A stretch of DNA of 64,000 nt, taken from Pocillopora damicornis (lineage: Eukaryota). Below, piece after piece: positions 24,557 to 38,190 of the stretch (position 1 is its first letter; each line of letters opens with the position of its first letter). The DNA lies in NCBI RefSeq assembly GCF_003704095.1, contig NW_020846189.1, forward strand, positions 186,001 through 250,000, in the 5' to 3' direction. The position numbers were made by a program, and so were the translations under genes. The notes below the pieces were generated by a model. That model was given only the letters and a program-made list of their open reading frames with translations, did no database searches and was not told the DNA's origin.

Positions 24557-27500
24557 TTTCTCGGAGACTTCTAGGTTTCGGTTCACTGGTTCACTGCGTT
24601 CAATTGGAAGTAAAGTGTTTGTAATGCACGCATGCCTTAAATTAGCCTGGCAGTTTTTGCAGTTGTGTAAACATTCGAGCTTCATAAATTTCCGCCGATA
24701 TTAACGTAGATTTGAATAAAATTAATAGTTCCCCCCATGAAAAAAACAATCGCAGCAGGAGATCAGAACGTCACACCGCAAAGCATCTGGTAAATTTCGA
24801 GGGAGCTATCTATAGTATAAATTATTTCTTAGCTTCCAGTTTATGTAACGATTTTACAAGAGTCACTTTTCAGAATCTTCATTTACCCCCAAAAGAAGCT
24901 TTTCACATCCAGCTGAATCATCATTAACATAATAAAAAGGATATTTTTGTATACGTTTTTATTTGTTTTGAGTTTCAGCTTGTTTACACGAAGTTTTCGC
25001 AACTCTTAAAAAGCTTGTAAAAATGACAAAAGTGAGAAATATGTCATTGTTAATACAGAGCTGTGTTGATACAGTCCAATGCTTAAATAAAAGCTATTTT
25101 GTTTCATGTTACGATTTAACTGCAAACTAGAAAACTCAATCGAGAGCGAATCTAATGGCGTATCCAAACGTTGATATGTGTATCATCTAATTTGCTATCG
25201 CATCATGCATCACATGACTTTGAAGAGCAATTCCTGACAAGCACATCCGTCATTAGCGTTCTTATTGGCGTAAGAAATCTTGGTGCAAGGTCAAGTTGAA
25301 AACTTTGTTGTTAAAGATGTAAATTGATGAATGTGGTTTCCATTCATATCTTTACCGAAGGCTGGCAGGTGCCTACCTAGAAGCCCCTCCGAGAATTATG
25401 CCCCCTGGTGATCTCATCAAATGCGGAAATACTCAAACAAGTGACACGCCATATTGCGGTCAAACTTGTACTTATGAGGGGAAGAAAGGCTCGATACAAC
25501 GTTCGACTGATGCTTAGTCCTCCTTTTCTTCTTCATCATAAATTTCTGCAATTCCGAGAACGAGATCTCTCATTCTTTTCCTCCCCTGTTTTCTCCAATT
25601 TTTTTGGGATATAAATTTGCATCACGTTTGTTTCACTCTAACTCGGTTTCCCTCGCAGCACGAAAGTCATGTGATCATGCTGTTAGTGACTTTGTTTTAT
25701 CATCCTGTGGCTTATAATTGTACAATTTGAAGTTAGAAATGTATTCATTAAAATTAAATGACATACAACTGAGAAAATTTAATGCAGCCATTCCATGCGC
25801 GCTTATCAAAGCAGAGAATTGTGGCGTCTAGATCGGCGCTATATCCATTTTGATGTAATTGTTTATTATCCTAAAAAGAGCGATTTTAATTAAGTTGTAA
25901 TATATCTTTGCGCATATCTTTTTATGGATCGGGAAGGAATTTAGTTTTTAAAAAATTGAGGCTCCCAACTGCAGGACAGGTTTCTAGAATTGTAGTTTTC
26001 ACGACGTCTTTATCTGTATTTTAATTTTTTGCGACGCACACTCTACGACTCCAGTGTAAGACGCGAAGGCGGTGCAACGATTCCATATCTCGTGATTTAT
26101 TAGCAAAATCGATGTTTTATAAGATTTCATATTTGCACGAACCGTTCAGAACATCAGGAGTGGCCATGAAATTCGAAATTCTCGCTTAGTTCAAACAGAT
26201 CCTTTTTTGTTATTTTCATGCCAAAATCCCTTTCTAGCCCTTTTTTACTCGATCTACTTGTACTGACACAAATCGAAAATTGAACTCAATTGAAAATAGT
26301 TGGATGCTTTTTTTGATCAGGTTGTTCGTTTATAATAATTGTGACAGACAAACCGAGCTGAAACATTCACGAAGTATTCTGAAAAGACATCTTTCATAAA
26401 AGCAAAGTCCGGAAATTCCGTATAGCTGTCTCTAATATTTTATTTATAAACTCACCACTGACCAACCATGAACTAGATAGTTGATTCAGTTTATGATAAG
26501 ATCGATAACTAGGTGGTGTTTGCTGAATGATTATTAACAGTTTTTAAAGTAAAGTTTCCTCTAGAGACAGATCAGTAGATATACCTAAAAGCTTCCTTCA
26601 TCTTGGCTGAAGCCATCCCTCTTTGCTCTAATTGACAATGTTTTTAAACTGTGTACTTAAAAAGTATACATTGTTTTTGTGAGATGTTTTGACGGCAGAC
26701 TGGCTAGATTCGCATCCGTGTGCAAATAGTGACTGTGTTCTGTTTTCTTCTGCAAATAAGGCAGCCAGAACACTAGCGATCAGGAGAAATAGGAGGTAAG
26801 TTGAACGAGAAAGGAACGTATTTATATACAATATATGTGTGGAAATTTCCTTCAAGTTTGTTAAAAAGACTATGCTCTTCAAAGATTGAGAATAGTCGAG
26901 CTGATAGTATTTTCGATTCGTGTTGATCTTATATGGTTAAAATTTTGCACTAGAAAAGATTATTTGGTTCATGGCACACGAACAGTTAGTCTACCACTCA
27001 GAATATTTGACTGAAGGATAACTCAGGTAAATCGTCAACGAATGAAATTAGACAGGTAACGTCAAGGATGCGCCATTTTAAAATTCACGACTGCGCGGAA
27101 TATTAACGAGGGTGTTTCCCATTCGGCGAAATCTCATATACCGATTTTTCTCTCGGGAAATAATTCGGACTTAAACTTTATCATTTTTTTATTAGACACG
27201 CGTCGTGCTAATGCTGCTTTTATGCTCAATTTCTCTTACGTGAGTTTTTTTCCCCGTAACTTTCTATCGACTTTTTTCTTCCGATTATGAAGCGAAAATG
27301 CGTTATCTTATGTGATGGTTCACGTCAATAAGTTTTCTGCGAATAGCTTGTCTGTCTCCACCATCCACCCGAGAGACATCTAAATTGTCACAGAGCCACA
27401 ATAAAACAAATTGTTATTGACTAAAATCATAACAAACTTGCTAGAGCCGGATATTAGAAATAGCTCATCCCAAACACCTTCCCTTACAACAGATATGTGT

Positions 27501-28065
27501 CTTTTTTTCGGGTTCTTAGAGTTATTGTATCATGCTATTTTTTCCTCTATCCAGCTGTGCTTTATCAAAATTTCCTCTCCCACTCCCTCACCGTCTATAT
27601 TTCTCGATCTTTGACACGACGTTTTTCAGTTTTCCCCATTCGACCTCCTGAATTTCAACATTTTGCTCGTTTTGAAAGGCGTGTTACAGCACAAAATGAT
27701 AGAAAAGGCAGGTGTGAAAAAAAGTTGCTTGGACCTGGTTTATTTTAGTCGCACCAATAGAATTGTACATAATTTATGAAAATGAGTCCTGTTCTGCATT
27801 TGATCTCTCGTTCCTAATTCACGGTTGTTTCGTTCACTATGATCATCACAGTTCACTATTGCTGTTGATAAACTTGAAATAAAGAAATGATAACCATGGT
27901 AATGTGGACAAATAAAATAGATGTGGAAAACCTGAAAAAGAAATTGATCGGTAATGGTGCAATTCAAACCCACGACCGTCCTGAATTAAAATTCTTTCAA
28001 GGATTCCATAATAAATAGAAAATTTTCATAGATTCTCTTGATGTTTTCATAAATAATGTAAGTTA

Positions 28066-28250
28066 GCTCGGCTTGGTAGCTCAGCTGGTGAGTGCGCTGC
28101 ATCAGTTTATCTAGACGGTCATGAATTCCAATCGTGTTCAAAGACAATTTTTTTTCAGGCTTTATCTTTACAGTTACTTAGATATCTACATGAATGCAGT
28201 TAAAATTCTTATTGTGCAGTTCAAAATAATGATAATCATTATATTTTCCC
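28066..28250 (+). mobile_element. Degenerate tRNA-derived SINE-like repeat
   Basis: A-box TAGCTCAGCTGG (28077-28088), decayed B-box, then TTTTTTCAGGCT as at 2.8 kb. Confidence 0.5.
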
Positions 28251-31200
28251 TATCATTGTTCATGGACAGTTATGCTCCTCCCATCTTAATTACTTAGGAA
28301 CAAGGAGATCGTCTTCAATAGACTAACTTGCACAGTGTTTGTCAAAGAAGTCAAATGAAATAAAAAAATAGCCTAAGGAAGGTGTCCACATGAAAAATAA
28401 CCTTTTTATACAAAAGTTCGTCTGGCGCCAAGTTCGCACACCAATGTTAAGAAGGTACCTCAGGGAAACTGTGCCATATTCTAATTATTTAAGCTTTTTT
28501 AGTGTTTTTTTTTTAATTTGGGAAGCAAACCCTATAGACGCATGCACCAAAACAACAATGACTATATCATAACTGCGTAGCATTTCCAATTTAGACCTGA
28601 TAATCTCTTGAAACACCATTATGTATTTAACATTCTAACATTTTTGTTGAAAAGAACCATAAACAGCTTAACTACATGTAGCACAGAAAAAAAAATTTTG
28701 AATAAACTAAACCAACCAAGTATTCACCACCGACAATTAAGCCTACACAACGTATTTGTCGAATAATTATTCATTCGAAACTTAGTTTGTAAACGAATAG
28801 AGCAGGTGGAAGAAAACACGTTTAAAAGGATCTGTCAATTAGCAATTATGGCTCTCTGTCTCCTTATGAACATGACAATCACGATCAACTTAGGCTTTTA
28901 GTCCTTGTTTTGACAGTAAGATAAACAAACTATTGAGTTATTCAGACACCAAAACAGCGTGTTGTTGTCCATTCACATTGAGTAGCAGTTAGAAAGAATC
29001 ACTGGCACCAATAGGTAAGTAAAACTAGCTTTGGTCAGATAAGAATGTCTGCATTTGACACAAAAATTTACAAAATGAACTGAAATTCAGTTCTGAATTG
29101 TGCAGCATGAGAACAGGATTTCCTCCTCATAATTAAGTACTCTTGAATAAAGAATTTTCCTCAAAAACATTTAAAAGGAAACACCTATCAAAATTTTGTC
29201 TTGAGCAAAGAAGACTAAAGTTTATTCGTTTCAAGGTATAAGAAGTTCCCTTTCGTTAGTGTTACGAACGCCAAAAAATTTTATCCTTCATAAACTATTA
29301 TATGGATAGAATTCTGTGAATGGGCGAAAGCAGCCTCATTATCAGATAAAAGTACATTAATTACACTATGGATTTCTCTTTCCTCCATAGCAAATTCCAA
29401 GTTTGTCTGACTTCCTTGCGCAATACATTGACAGTTTGGTTCTGTATTGTATTTCTTATGATTACAAAGATCACAAAGCCTAAAAAGTCTAAAGCAGTTT
29501 TATTTTGATTTAAATAATGTTAGAACATATCAGTCCGTATGATTCTCCTTTCCGTATGATAATGTTTACCTAAAGCAACGGATTTTTCGATTACTTGTTT
29601 CGTTATACTTTTAAAGAGGAATAAGTACAATCTAGAATTTAAGGAACTTTTCCTTATGAATTTTTTTCTTTCATTTTTCACCAATGAGAAAGATCGGCAG
29701 TACCCAGTCAAGGGTCCATTCTGAACTTTTCATTTTGAGCAATATTATTTTCCGTTGATTTAAGGTAGCTCTGAAAATTTCTACAAAATGGGGGAAAGAT
29801 AACTGAATCTTAATTGGCAATTCCATAGTAGCAAATGAGAATCACCAAGGGAAAGAATGATCCATTATATTTTCATGGGGTCAACGAACTCGTTTCTATG
29901 CTGCAGGCAAACAAATCAGCGCAAAAAAATCGCTCACTTTTCTATCCAGCATGCGCGATACAACACATCGCTCGTGATTTGGCTTTGAAGTAGTAGAAGA
30001 TTTCAGTATCTGCGAAGATCATATGAAAATCGCCGTTGCACGGGCTCCCTCAAACGCAACAGTGATATGGGTAAGCACATACTTAAGACCCGAAACAAGC
30101 TTTAAAAAATGGCTTCAAGTGTTAAGATTTAAATTCCGTCCATCACTTGCAGGCAAATAGTGCCTCACGTCAATATGGGAACAAAAGTAACGAAACGTTT
30201 TAATCAAGAATTTCATACATTTGACTGGCACGAAATAGGATGTCTAATGTCCCTGAGTCACATTGTAGTTGAATCACGCCAGGGAAGTGATTAAACTTTC
30301 CATGAATGATTGGAGGCTCTGTTTTTCACCTAATGGACACGCGAGCCAAGCAACCCGACGACAAAATATACGAATGCGTGGTTTCACTTAGATGTTCCTA
30401 TCTCGAAAGGTCGGAAAAAAAAAATGTCTTGGGTAAGTCGGACTTCCGCCGATGGTTGATCTTGCCTAATTTCAAATGGCTTAATCTACAAAGTTCAAAG
30501 CCACAGAAGACAACCAAAAGGCGGATATAATTTGGTGCTTCCGATATGTAAGTTTAAACTTGTGCTTTTCTATCTATGTACAAACTAACGAGAGTTCGAA
30601 GATAAGCGATAAAGAGAAATTTGGCTCTCTTTTGCTATGCTCTGAATCACGTCCACGAACACCTCAGATCTACAGTACTGTCTCACTTCTTTTCTATGAG
30701 CAGCACCTTGTGAAAAAGGCTTAAAAGATACTTTGAGCAACCTCTTTACAGCAAAGATGAAAATGGCAAAATAACAGTGTTAACAAGAACGATTCAATAT
30801 CTTGAATTAAAAATTTAGATACGAAATCGTTGCTTTTCGCACCTAAAGGATACCTTTGTATTATCAAACTCATGAGCAATACTTTTATTAATAACTGAGG
30901 ATATCTAGTTTTAACCACAATTTAATCCGTAGGTATGAGAGGATTTTAAACCTCTTGAAAAAAAAAATTTCATGGAGACAATCTGACGGGTTCCCTCATA
31001 GCAGGAGTTAGGGCCTTTTGTAGGATTGCGTAATTAAGATTGAGTAAATAACATGGTTGGAAATATGAGGTAACTTAACAGTGGAAAATTGCCTGTAAGT
31101 TAGGTCTCTCTTTGGCGTCATTGACCACTATATTGATGACACAGGTAGTCATTGCGCCGGCCACGTGCATGTACTAGTTATGTGATGCATGTTTTTATAA

Positions 31201-31631
31201 CCTTTTTTGATTTATTGCCACAACTTGTTAACATAATTCACTGACAAAACAAAACAGGCTTTTTGAATGTTGAAGAGATTGATAATGAGTGTTTACTGAA
31301 ATTTTGGAACACTTGTTGATTTAGATAAAGCAAATCGCATTACATCTTATACTGTGATGTACTGCACCACGCTTCAAACAGACTAGCTGCATTTCAATGC
31401 CCATGAAAAAGAATATATATATATATATATATATTCACCGAACTACCGAAAATGTAATAAAGTGCACCATGCCAGCATGTTTAGCGTAAATTGCAAAGCT
31501 CTATCAACAACTGACCACAGTGCATTAAAACACAATTCTTTCACAGATCATTGCTTTACAATGCCAATGCTATGCTCTTAATTTGAACCATCCCTCAGTT
31601 AAGCATAGTAAGAGTGAAGTGCACAACAATT

Positions 31632-32085
31632 CAATATCCTATATACACTTCACTGTATTACGAACGAACTGCTACCAGCAGTAGTGTTCTACTGCGTACG
31701 TTGTAATAATTTGCGAAAATTTATCCTATTTGGAAAACGTGGTTTGCGTTTTTAAGCCGTTTATATACAAAGAAAAACGCTGCTGCTGGCACCATGCCGT
31801 GCTCTGCAGTCGGTGGCAATAATTTGCTAAAAGACGATATCCTATATAACCTCCACAGTATTACAAATACACTGCTACTGGCACCATGCCGTGTTCTGTG
31901 GTACGTGGCAATAATTTGCTAAAAGACGATATCCTCCACAGTATTACAAATACACTGCTGCTGGCACCATGCCGTGTTCTGTAGTACGTAGTAATAATTT
32001 GCTAAAATATAAAATACATAATCTCATATTACGAAAACGCTTCGGCTGGTAACATGCCGTGCTCTGCAGCAATAGTCTGCCAAAA
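31632..32085. repeat. Tandem array of ~80-90 bp units (3 good copies, 2 degenerate)
   Basis: Recurring CTGCTRCTGGCACCATGCCGTGYTCTG...AATAATTTGCTAAAA...CCTCCACAGTATTACAAATAC. Confidence 0.85.
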
Positions 32086-35000
32086 GCTATCCCTGAATTG
32101 TAAATTTACTTAGATTTCATCTTAGTTTCGGAGCCTTTTAATGTGCAAGGCAAAACTCACATTTTCTTGTTAGGGCGCAGGGAGAGTTTTCTCTAATGAT
32201 ATTCGAAAGCTACAAGCGCAGTATCATGTAGATTAATAGATAGCAGCAAAATCGAGCTTGAACCACAAAAAGCACAAAATCAAAAAAGGGCACACCTTAT
32301 CCTCGTGTAGTAAAAAGCATACAAAGTGACTACATTCATTTCCTGGTTTTGAAAAATTTAATCATATATTTCTTCAACGCCCAACGGTTTTTAATATAAT
32401 GGTGGAGATGAGAGTTCTTCTGCAAGAATCAGACATTTACTTCCACTTAAATTCCCTAATTTCCTAAGGATTAGCAAAAGTTACACCCTTTGGCATAAAT
32501 CGTTTTATCCTTTCAATTATGATGTTCTTCTCACAATTCGATGAAGTTAACGAGCTTGAATAAGTAAGGCGGAAGGATCTCTAAACTTTTAGCACCCGTC
32601 ATTTGTTTATCAAAGTGATACTCTTCCTTTCTGTTTGAATTCGACTCGTTCATGTCTTTGTGCCAGAGACATTAGGAAGCTTTGTTAAAGTATGTGATAA
32701 TCCATTGGCGTAATCCCTCATAAACTGTCTGATTAAAAGTTTGCAGGGTATTATGACAATTGTTTCTTTTCAACTGAGGAAGTCTTAAATAATTTGTGGC
32801 CACAGCTGTGTTATTTAAAAAATGCGACATTTCTTACGCCTCCTGTGTAATTACCATGTCTCAGTAGTGAAATTTTGGTCGATATATGCTTCCGGAAATC
32901 CTGGAAAAGGAAACAGACATCAGTTTATTTTCCCTCGAAGGCCTTAAATGGCTAAATCAAAGTTGAAATATTAGCTAACTTTGCCTTTGAGTAAAGGAAA
33001 AGGATTGGTATCTGGGATGTCTGCGTATCCATTCTCTTATATTCTTTCCCTCTTCTTATTTCCGTATCGTTGTATGAAATGTAATAACAATAGCATAGCT
33101 GCTTGAACTATCAAAAGAATCTTACTATGAAACATCCAAAGGAGCTTTCTGTGTCGAAAAATCTGGAAAAATATCCGGATAAATTGTATTTACTTAAGCT
33201 CATCACCAACCAATGTAATTTAAGCAAAAAATCCAATTGGATTGATTTAAGTTCGTTTACTTGGCTACGATAATCATACTGATAGATGTTGGGGTGAGGG
33301 GACCACATATGGTGTATCCCTGTGACACATTCCCCCTGCAGTCTTCTCTAACCTGGGTTATGACTTCCACTTCGTTTTATCGCGATGCTCTGTGTCGGAG
33401 TTCTTGTTTAACTGACCTCCTCCGTGCGCTTTTTTTATGGCTTTTTTCCACGCCCTCTTTTCGTTTAGTAGTTATAGAAGTAGTCTCTCGAAGATGAAAA
33501 TTATATCTCGTGTTACAAAGTAAAACGTTAAAAAGTATCGAAAAGATAAAAGTTGTAAAAACATGTAAAAAACTCGAAAAATGCTTCCAAAAATGTTCAT
33601 TTCTTCTTTGGGATTTGATTAACATCCCCATGCGTGTTCAGAGGTATTTTTCAGTGAGTATGTTTAGCCATTTGACCCGAACTTGGATGAGGTGAAGGAT
33701 CGGTTTACGAAGACTTAGTATTTGTTTGTAATGTTCTTCATCACTTTCCAACTTTCGCAGGCACTTTATAAAGCCCCTCAAATTCACAATTTTAAACTTG
33801 TAGGATTTTCTCATGGAATGTCCTGGCTCTCGGTAAGACTGACTTATTTTGTTTTGATTATGCTGGGCTGAGATATGCAAATATCAATCTTCTTGAAACC
33901 TCAGGGAGAGATGGGTTATCTTCAACAATAAAAATTTTGCACTATTTCACTAATAAACTGGTTTTACCATTTCGATATGCGGATGAACGATACGGAGATT
34001 CTTATGCACAAATGCGGTTACGAAATCCGTTCAGGATGTCACTTCAATTGTCTCACAATTTTACTCCCGAACCATCTTTATGAAGGGTGGAGAGCATACT
34101 TCAAGTTTTTGAAAAATGCACAGAACACTTCTACATCTTAATGCTATTACAATGGGTGAAGGAATCTTATTAATTTCTGGTGAAAGAGCAAATAATACTC
34201 AGCTATGTACATAATGAGCTAGGTGAAAAAAAAAAAAAAATGATTGAGATTAAAAGTGCTGGTTAGGATGGTGCGTTGTCGTCGTTTGTGTAAAGTGTTT
34301 TGATATCAGTAATATCTTTACTTTTGTGAATGTTTTTAATATAACATATTTGCTCAGTATTGGAGTCTGAAATTACCATCGAATATTGTTCAATTGATAA
34401 CTAAGCCATTTGATATATTGTGGTTATTACAGGAATCAAACAAGTCATCTATTTTGTTAAGAAAGAAATCTCCGACTTCAATCACTCTGATCGCAACAAT
34501 GAAAATAACACGGAGCAAGAGTGAAATTTCAAAGAAGCAAGCAATGTTGAATTTCCGAAAGCCAATGCACTTCAGGAAATTTTACCGAACCTCTGCATGG
34601 AAAACTCTTTCGTCAGGTATACAGCTAAAATGTTTATCGTAATAGTGCTCAATTCCCTCTTTGCTCTGATAAATGAAGGGTAAAGAAGGACTTTGGATTT
34701 GGTTCTTCAATAACTATAGCCTGCACCTTGTACCTCTAAGCCACTGGCTGTTTCTTAGCTTGAGTAAGCGCCAAGTATTTTTTAAGTCTTGTGTCTCTGT
34801 GAGGATATTTAGCCTTCTGGTAAGACGCCTTTTTAATTCGGTGTAAAATTTTTAGTCGTGGTAGTTAAGGCGCCCAGGGGGCCAAGATTAAATCGGAGGT
34901 TGAGTTTAGCTGAGACCACTTCAGCGCCCGGAAAATCAGTTCAAGGTCTCCCGCGTAACATTTCTTTTTCAAAAGGCTTCTCTATAATCGCTTCAGAAAG

Positions 35001-38000
35001 CCAGATTGGAGTGACAAAAACTCAGCGTTATTATTTATGACATGTAACCCTCGTAAACTTATGATGGGTGACACGCCTTTTTTTAGGCACATGCACGACA
35101 TCAAATCATTGGCGATTACTGGAGGGACACCAACAGTTAATGTTCGTGCTTTTTCTTTCAATTCTATCAGTAGTTTAAACTAAAGACACAGAAAAGGAAA
35201 ACTACAAACACTTATTGCGTGTTTCATTTTGGAATTATTCCCAGAGGTCACAATCTTATGCTTACCTAAATCATTAACTTGGATGAAAACCAGTTGAAAC
35301 AACTTTGAACCTTACAGCTGATAGCGGATCGTAATTTAAGACCCTTATTTTAAAGACTTGAATGGCAGCTGAGATTGCAAGCACCAACACAATCTGCATC
35401 CATGACCGACCCAGGAATATAAAGGTGCCTTGTACAGTAATAATATCAAGGTGAAAGTTGTACGAAACTAAAAAATTCACTCGTACAAGTGTGAAGGGTT
35501 TCAGTATGTCGAAACAGTTTTAAATTTTGGGTAACACGATTTTCAACACGATAATATAATAATTGCTAGTTCTTAGAACTTCTGGTGTTTGTATCAGGAC
35601 ATAGAAGCATGGTAAAATAGAGCGGTAGCTTTAAAAAAATTGAAAGTTGAGTATGTCGTAGCCACTATAAGCCTTTTTTATGAAAACCGTCCATGAGGTT
35701 CGCCATAACCACGCCCAAAAGCAGACAGTTTGCGACTTTTTAGATCGGGGTGATGATTGACATTTTCTCAAATATGAGGACAATACAACAATACATGGAA
35801 TCTTTGAAGAGGCTGTTAACCCAGGGTTAAGCTACTCGGAAGCGTGCCTCAGGATTTAATCAGCTTGGTAAAAGATTTATTGTTCCTAGATTAGATTCCT
35901 ACAGAAACCGTTAACCCAGTTTCAACTTGGAAAGAAACGAAAGTTTTTTTGATCACAAATTTCCATTCTTTTCGGCTTCTTGGTATCTTTTCGTTCTCAC
36001 CAGCACGGAAACGTGGTTAGAATAACCATGAGTCTCCGTTTTAAATTTTTTGCACTGAACGACACTGTTCACATTGAATGTATTTATTTTCATGCCCTTT
36101 CATTGCTATTTGGATCCTGTGACTTGTTTGCCAAACTTGTCGCAGTTCAAGGTTTTGAAGTTCTTGCTGCTTTAAACCCACGATGAGTGGACGAGACAGC
36201 AAGGGGGAACAGGTTTAAGTCTCGTTTCACAAAAAAACTCGGAGTTCTACTGAAAAAGAAGTAAGAAAAATGAGTCAATAAACCTCAACATAACACATAT
36301 TTACGCAATGTCAACGTTTAAAACATGGGAAATCAGTCTTACAATGAAATGATAATTTCTTTCATATTTCGAAGCAGTTTTATATCTTAATATTAAATGT
36401 GGCCATTTCGAATATCAACCACATTTTCCCCCTTTTCCTCCCCCACTGAGCCAGATGTTTATTAGGTATCACAATTTGGACATTTTTTTTTCAGTGGATA
36501 TCTCTTGGTTATGTAAGGCCCTAACTCCTACACGTGTCACTAGCGTCTCGTAGTACTTTTTCTATTTTTAGAATATCTGGAGCACTGAACGATTTAGGTG
36601 GAGTGGATTAACTGGTCTTTCGCTGGCAGGAATAGCGATTGACTTAAGAGTAAAGTGCATGATCGATGAGTAACCATCTATAAAGGATACATTTAAGAGT
36701 GATTAGCAGTTAAGTGTTTTTTCCGGTCTGTCCCGGAGTCTTTCATATAAGAATTTTCTCGTTTTCACCAGAAAACGAGAAAATTATGGATTTGATAAGT
36801 TTAAGTCCAGCTCTTGCTTTTGGAATCACATTCGATTCTTCGCTACCCAAACACCATCAAAGCGTGTGTACTTAAACGCTATTGTTATCCGAAAACAAAG
36901 CAAGGATCGGTAGATTCTAAAATCACTGCAAAATACAACTAAAACTGTTTTTCCCGGGAAGTTTCATGGCTTTGTTTGTCGGCAAAAATTCTAGCACAGA
37001 TATTTCCTTGTTCGCACTCTTTGCCGCAATAACTATTCTTGCATTTTCATAGTAATGGTGATTTCTGCGCGAAATGTAATTTTCTCCTCTTGAATTTGCA
37101 TGCGGAGAAAATCTGAGAAAGTTAAGGTCTCATAAAGTAAAAGGTTTCAAGGCGCACCCTTTTTTCTACGCGCAGAACACGCAACGCCGTGTTCGCGTGC
37201 CTCTAAAAATGGCACATACTAGATACTTAAAATGTGTCTGAATTAATCTTGTAATAAGGTAGGACTTTTGGTCTCCATCCCTGATTAAGGCTCCCAAAAT
37301 AAAACTTCGCTCAGAAGTACTCATCGACAATGAGAGTCCTTTTGTATGAATGAAACAAATGTTAAATCACCTATTTTGGTGTCATGGTAACTGATCCCTT
37401 TTGTGGTCTCACACCCGGCAGGTGATTATTTGCATCTCGTTAAAATTTGTTTCCATTCACAGTGGGCAGTGGATTCACTTGATTGTATTTTGAAGATAGT
37501 AGAAGAAATAAAAAGCGAATTTCATAATACTGTTATTTCCGGAATTTTCATCGACAATGGAAGATAGATCACGCTGATCCAAACACAAAGTAGCTTTCAA
37601 AACAACTTTTATCTGCACGCGCCATTGCAATTACATCTAAGCAAAGAATAACATATGCTACCTTTTTTGGAGAAAACACAGGATAGCTACAAAGTTCAAT
37701 TTCACGGAGTGTTAAAAGCGTCATCATATATTGTTTTGCCTTTATGTAATGCCCAAAGAACCTCACTCAGCTGGGTAAAACAAAGAAAGCATTTGTCATA
37801 TCTCAATATAATATGTAAAATTTTCTCTTTCGTAGCTCTGTACTAATTAGATAGTGAAGTGCAATTCAACACTTTAGATCCCTTTTGATGTCGAAAGGTG
37901 TGGATTCCAGACAGAGCTCGTCGATGAACAAATTATTTTCGTTGGAGTACCTTTCAGTCTGCGTGTAAATTGGTTTCTGCGATTAAGAGATTAGGGCACT

Positions 38001-38190
38001 TCCAAGTTACACTCAATTAAAGCTGTCAAGGACTCTCATAAAGATATTTAACAACCTGCGGTTAAACCTCACCATTCATTGCTGTCTTCTGTCTCTAATT
38101 GACCAACAGACGCGTGCCAAGGCTATGAGAAGTTCGAGGAGCCTCGAACTGATTTAAAGTTAAAAAAACTGTGCGTTCGTGAGAATACAA

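Noticed and set aside
24557-24685. 43-aa Cys-containing N-terminal extension of GPCR-A
   Set aside because: A candidate acceptor just upstream of 24556 and better start context there suggest the first ATG is intronic or UTR; not fully excluded.
28066-28140. Functional tRNA gene (also at about 2810-2880)
   Set aside because: No acceptor or T stems and a decayed B box; the shared downstream tail indicates a SINE-like repeat.
31632-32085. Repeat-spacer array resembling CRISPR
   Set aside because: The linkers are homologous to each other, so this is a decaying tandem repeat.
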